This document shows positions 59,793 through 64,000 of a stretch of 64,000 bases of DNA, piece by piece (the first letter of the stretch is position 1; the number at the start of each line of letters is the position of its first letter). A program made the translations under genes and the position numbers. Source of the DNA: a bacterium (GTDB lineage: Bacteria; UBA8248; JACPRG01; G963555815); contig OZ244653.1 of the NCBI GenBank assembly GCA_965218795.1, positions 5,024,001 through 5,088,000 of the forward strand. The letters run 5' to 3'. The notes under the pieces are model-generated. The model was not told the DNA's origin. It searched no databases and saw nothing but the letters and a program-made list of their open reading frames with translations.

Positions 59793-60683
59793 CTACGGAT
59801 CATTTCGGGAAAGGCTCCGGTGGACGGTGGCGATCCACCGCTCCGTTGAGATGTATCCCCGGCTCCAGGCGTCGTATCTTGCCGGCAACCCTTCCTGCTG
59901 AATCGCCTGGAGCGGTTTCCCCGCCTGCATCCCCTTGCGGACGATCTCCGTCGTCTCGGACAAAGCGCGATGATACGCCTTCAGGTCCTTCAGGGTCGAC
60001 AGAGACCCGTGGCCCGGGATGATCTTCGCGTCCTTCGGGATGCGCCGGATCATCCGTCCGATGTTCGCGATCACCCCCTCCACGTCCCCGCCGTTGTCCA
60101 GGTCGACGAGGGGGTACCGGCCCGCCCAGAAGAGGTCCCCGAGGTGGACGACGTTGGACCCGGTGAAGAAGACGACGGTGTCGCCGTCGGTGTGGCCGTT
60201 GGGCAGATGCAGGGCCTTGATCTCCTCGCCGTTGAAGTGAATGGACAGGGACCGGTCGAACGTCACCACCGGCTAGGCCTCCTTCGGCATGGGGGGGATC
60301 TCGCGGCCAAGGAAGAACTGTTTCGTGGTCAGTCGCTTTCTGACGTTGGCGTGGGCGATGATGGGCGCTTCTCGCCCGAATATTTTGTTGCCGCCCGTGT
60401 GGTCACCGTGCCAGTGCGTATTGAGGATGAACCTCAGCGGCCCCCTGGAGAGGGACCGCAATGACTTGCGGACGTCCTCCGCCATGGGGGCGAACTTGTC
60501 GTCGATGAGCAGGATGCCGTCCGGTCCGACGGAGATCCCCATGTTTCCCCCCCGCCCGTTCAGCATGTAGACCTTGCCGGCGACGGGGACCGGTTCCCCC
60601 TGCGCGTGCGTGGCGTCGGGAACCGCGGCGTGCAGCGTCATGGCCGCGAAAAGGATCGGCGCGATGTGCGGAAATCTCTGCAT
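59793..60683 (-). pseudogene. Secreted MBL-fold metallo-hydrolase with one in-frame TAG (60273-60275)
   Basis: THWHGDHTGGN before the stop and GHTDGD, HLGD, IPGHG after it, all in the same frame. Confidence 0.8.
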
Positions 60684-60708
60684 GATGGGCCCCTCCGATC
60701 AAATGGAT

Positions 60709-61116
60709 TCAGTCTTTGGCCCAGAACGAGTACCCTGCATAGAACCGCTCGACGCGGTTCAGGGCGGCATCGGAGAGGCGGACGCCATCGACCTCCACCT
60801 CCCGGACCCCGGGCAGCTCGCGCAGCCGATGTCGGACGGCCAGGGCATAGGTGACCGACTTCAGCGCGCACCCGCGGCAGGCCCCCTGGAATTCCAGCCG
60901 GACGTCGCCGTCGGGCGACACGTCCAGGAGATCGATCCCTCCGCCGTGGATCTTCAGCAAGGGCCGGATCTGGTTTTCCAGGATGATCTCCACGTCCCGG
61001 CATAGCCGGGCGCAGCTCTTCCCCGGAAGCGTATCATGACCGGATTCTCCGGCCGGCCGGGCCGCCGCCTCGAGGGTACCCTCCCGTTCCGTCTGGCTGC
61101 CGGACCCCATCGTCAC
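60709..61116 (-). CDS. NifU C-terminal/NfuA-like domain protein
   Basis: IRPLLKIHGGGIDL, GACRGC CxxC. Confidence 0.8.
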   Translation of the reverse strand: MTMGSGSQTEREGTLEAAARPAGESGHDTLPGKSCARLCRDVEIILENQIRPLLKIHGGGIDLLDVSPDGDVRLEFQGACRGCALKSVTYALAVRHRLRELPGVREVEVDGVRLSDAALNRVERFYAGYSFWAKD

Positions 61117-62135
61117 GCCGCCGGCCCCAGTTCCTTCTTCTTGGCCTCGATGTCCACGCCGAACAGCCTGGCCTGGTTCTCTCCGAGGATTTTCCGCTTG
61201 TCCGCTTCGGTGATCCGGGGATAGCCGTACCGCTCCTGAAGCTCGTCGTCGATCTCCATTTTCCAGAACCAGTCGATCATGGGTTGGGGGTTCCCCAGCA
61301 GCGGGGCCTCCGAGCCCCAGAGGAGCCGGTCCGGGCCGACGTCCCGCAGCAGACGGCCCATGTACTCCTTGAATTGGTAGGGTGCAATCATGGGGAGGTG
61401 CATCGTTCCGGACAGAACCAGAACCACATTGGGAAAACGCGCGGCAATGTAGACCGTCTCTTCGAAATAGGGAAGGGCCAGGTGGTGGATGGCGAACGTC
61501 AGGTCGGGAAAGTCCATGGCGGCCTGTTGGATGTCGAGGGGGGTCAGGTCCTCCAGACGCGCCCGCGTGATGGGGAAACCCTTATGATATTGAAAGACGC
61601 TGACGCCCAGATCGCGGCCTTTCTCGTAAAGAGGATAGGCCAATTCCGGGTCGTCGCACCGCCATGAGCGGCCGTCGATGTGGGCGTTGTAGAATTTGAA
61701 GGAGCGCGCGCCCATCTCCTTCACCTGTTTCTCCATTTCATCCAGCGCTCCTTGCAGGCTGGGATACATGGGATCCACCCCGCCGCAAAAGAGCACCCTG
61801 TCGGGAAAGGCCCGGCTCATCTCGTACTGGGCCGTCACCGGCGAGAACCCTTCTTTATACACGTCATAGAGCACGACCGCCTGGGCCATGGCCATGTCGG
61901 TGCAGGATTCCTCGAAGACCAGCCGGCCGAGCGCCTCGACGTTCCATTTTTTGGCGAAACCGCCGATGGGGTCTCCACCGCCGTACCGGTCCGCCTGCCA
62001 CGGTTCCCTGCGGGCCTGACCGATCTTCAGGTGCCAGAGGCGATCCAGTCCGCTGTCTTCCCGGGCCAGATTGTCATCGGACAGGTCGTACATGTGCACG
62101 ACGTTATCAAAGACGAAAACATCATCCTTGAGCAT
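61113..62135 (-). CDS. Amidohydrolase_2 family protein
   Basis: DNVVH, FKFYNA, YHKG, FPDLTFAIHH, LLWGSE, KILGENQARLF; GAGGA RBS. Confidence 0.85.
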   Translation of the reverse strand: MLKDDVFVFDNVVHMYDLSDDNLAREDSGLDRLWHLKIGQARREPWQADRYGGGDPIGGFAKKWNVEALGRLVFEESCTDMAMAQAVVLYDVYKEGFSPVTAQYEMSRAFPDRVLFCGGVDPMYPSLQGALDEMEKQVKEMGARSFKFYNAHIDGRSWRCDDPELAYPLYEKGRDLGVSVFQYHKGFPITRARLEDLTPLDIQQAAMDFPDLTFAIHHLALPYFEETVYIAARFPNVVLVLSGTMHLPMIAPYQFKEYMGRLLRDVGPDRLLWGSEAPLLGNPQPMIDWFWKMEIDDELQERYGYPRITEADKRKILGENQARLFGVDIEAKKKELGPAA

Positions 62136-62650
62136 GATCGTTTCCTCGAGAGCGGATGGATTGGGTCTTCCCTCGTGATTCGAAACCGTCCCGGATATTC
62201 CCGGGGTTCTCGACCGGTTCGCATGGATCCGATGTGCTTTCGATCCAACCCGATAGTAGCACAACCGCCCCGGCTGCCAGCCGGTTGCCAGGAGGAGCGC
62301 CGCGGTTTTCCATGCGGTCCAGGCTCCCGAAACCAAACCACCGCGAGGACGGCCGGGAGGACGAAGCTCAGCCGGGTTGACGGGAACGACGCCCCCCGCC
62401 TCGCCCCGGAACAGGGCCCCGATCAGAAGCACTATGGCTGTGGAGATGATGAGGCCGGCCGCCAGTCCGTGAGCCGCCAAGCCTGTATGGATAGGCGGGG
62501 CGAAAAGCCCATGTGGAGAATGAGGTGCGGATCGGCAGATTCCATCAGGGCCAGCAGGCAAAAGACCTGCGCAAACAGGCCGGATATAGAACTGCAACCT
62601 GATTGTCCGGAAACACCCAATCGTCCCTCGCAAACCGGGGACCCGCCCTA

Positions 62651-62758
62651 TGGATCCCTGCCTGCGCAGGAATGACGGACATGCGCTCTCGAACCTCCCC
62701 ACCCGTCATTCCCGCCCCCGACGAAGACATTCGAGGGCAGGCCGCAGCGGGAATCCAG
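62651..62758. repeat. REP-like palindrome pair
   Basis: TGGATCCCTGCCTGCGCAGGAATGACG plus an inverted copy with a 28-bp insert identical to 56861-56888. Confidence 0.7.
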
Positions 62759-62777
62759 CAAAGGTCATGCTCTTGCC

Positions 62778-62818
62778 AAAACAAAAAGCCCCGGCGGAAC
62801 TTCCCCTCCACCGGGGCC
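62778..62818 (-). terminator. Intrinsic terminator
   Basis: GCCCCGGTGGA..TCCGCCGGGGC followed by TTTTTGTTTT. Confidence 0.7.
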
Positions 62819-62896
62819 TTCGGTTCAGGCCATGGACCGGGGACAGCCGTTTCTCTCGTGTTCCCGGCCCACATACTTTTGCTCGACTTACGCAAT

Positions 62897-62925
62897 AATA
62901 TGGACCATCTGCTACAGCCTGTCAA
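62897..62925 (-). promoter_or_regulatory. Sigma70-type promoter
   Basis: TTGACA-17 nt-CATATT on the minus strand. Confidence 0.55.
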
Positions 62926-63228
62926 GGAGATGTTTCGTTTTTATTTTGTTTTCCAAGGTTTCGGGCGATCAAAAAATCCGCCGGGGTGTACCAAACCGGG
63001 GACCCACCCCCTGGATTCCTGCCTGTGCAGGAATGACGGGCGGGTTGTCGGCCGGCAACACCGTGCAAGGCGTGTGCACGGGCGGTGCATTGGCCGTGCT
63101 GACGTTCCCGGGATCCGCTCCCTCTCCCCTGGGGAGAGGGTTGAGGTGAGGGGGGATATTGGCCGTGCATCTTCGACTGCCCCCCCCGGCTCGGCTGCGG
63201 GCTTCGTCCTTGTCTTGCCGACTCTCCC

Positions 63229-64000
63229 TCAAGGGGGGAGGGATGGGCGGCGTGGCGTTCGAGGGCAGGCCCCGATACGTTGCCCAGGGCCTCGGTCGGT
63301 TGCAGGTGGAAAGTACTTCAAGAAAAGATCGGCGAGGTCGTTACCCTCGATCAAGCGTACCTGCCGGCGCGGCTCTTCCTTATTATGTTTGAGTAACGCT
63401 GCCTTGGCTGCCTCGCTACAGCGTCCCGTCGTAAGCAGGACACCGTAGTCGAGGGAGTTTTCCTCCCAGCCCTGAAGCAATTGTTCCAGCTTGGACTGGA
63501 GATCCAATTCCTCGACGGTTCCTTGGAAAGCGAATGCCTGCACACCGATCCGTAACCCGTCCTCGGGCAAGAGGGGGTTGTCTACCGTGACAACGACATC
63601 CGAGCCAGCTTCACTGGGGCCTTCCTGCACCTCTGAGGAGTAGCCCATGCGATCGAAGAGGTCGGAACAGAACTGCCTAGACAGATCGGCCCTACTGAAC
63701 TCCCTGTGGAGCGCGTCGGGAAGGTTTCCTCGAAGCTCATTGTGAATCCTCCGCACGCTCGCCCGATTCGAGCCGTCTTGCCGGCGTCCTGCTTCTGGGA
63801 GATCCTCTAAGAATGTGAAAAATGAGATGGTATCGTATACTTTTGAGAACCGTCCCGGACGCCCCAGACGATAGCGGAGCTGAGCTGGAACGATCTCGTC
63901 GTACATGTCAACCGGCTCCGGTGTCTTAAGCGAGCAAGGTCTGAATGACCGGAAGTCCCCGCTGAGGCCGTCCTGATTCGGTGGAGTAGTCGTATTCCCC
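63229..64000 (-). CDS. Mrr-like restriction endonuclease domain protein (5' end outside the window)
   Basis: DLFDRMGY, EAGSDVVV, IGVQA, GVLLTTG, VRLIEGNDLADL; frame is open to the window edge. Confidence 0.65.
   Translation of the reverse strand, partial: GNTTTPPNQDGLSGDFRSFRPCSLKTPEPVDMYDEIVPAQLRYRLGRPGRFSKVYDTISFFTFLEDLPEAGRRQDGSNRASVRRIHNELRGNLPDALHREFSRADLSRQFCSDLFDRMGYSSEVQEGPSEAGSDVVVTVDNPLLPEDGLRIGVQAFAFQGTVEELDLQSKLEQLLQGWEENSLDYGVLLTTGRCSEAAKAALLKHNKEEPRRQVRLIEGNDLADLFLKYFPPATDRGPGQRIGACPRTPRRPSLPP

Noticed and set aside
60273-60275. Selenocysteine recoding of the MBL internal stop
   Set aside because: The codon is TAG, not TGA; the tRNA-Sec anticodon is UCA
62136-62702. 189-aa N-terminal extension of the amidohydrolase ORF
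   Set aside because: Runs through REP sequence; a good RBS and the family start are at 62135
56600-63250. CRISPR array
   Set aside because: Repeats are scattered inverted palindromes without regular spacers; no cas genes

Overview
GC-rich bacterial chromosomal window. 0-22 kb is largely catabolic and transport genes: NMT1-type and peptide ABC components, a ThDP enzyme, two LLM oxidoreductases, M24/M20 peptidases, a form-II coxSLM molybdo-hydroxylase and ybdK, followed by tRNA-Sec (selC). 22.1-29.0 kb is a nest of insertion sequences (one IS5, three IS3-family, one IS110) around a disrupted, lower-GC SGNH hydrolase gene. 29-64 kb is mostly housekeeping (galE-like, DegT, 2x TauE, yhaM-like, dacA-like, uvrA, mreB, dinB, mnmA, leuA, aroQ) with REP-like palindromes and several gene remnants. 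The most notable item is an intact IS110 DEDD recombinase inserted in the A-rich frameshift motif of an IS3 element. Its 5' non-coding end folds into a two-loop RNA with segments matching the reconstructed target and its own end, which suggests a bridge/seek RNA with an apparent AA core. Other leads are a DnaA-box/AT-rich oriC-like region, a promoter-to-terminator small RNA, an MBL hydrolase split by a single in-frame TAG, and an orphan mreB coupled to a degenerate GAF-GGDEF protein. All calls come from reading motifs by eye; no database searches or folding programs were run.
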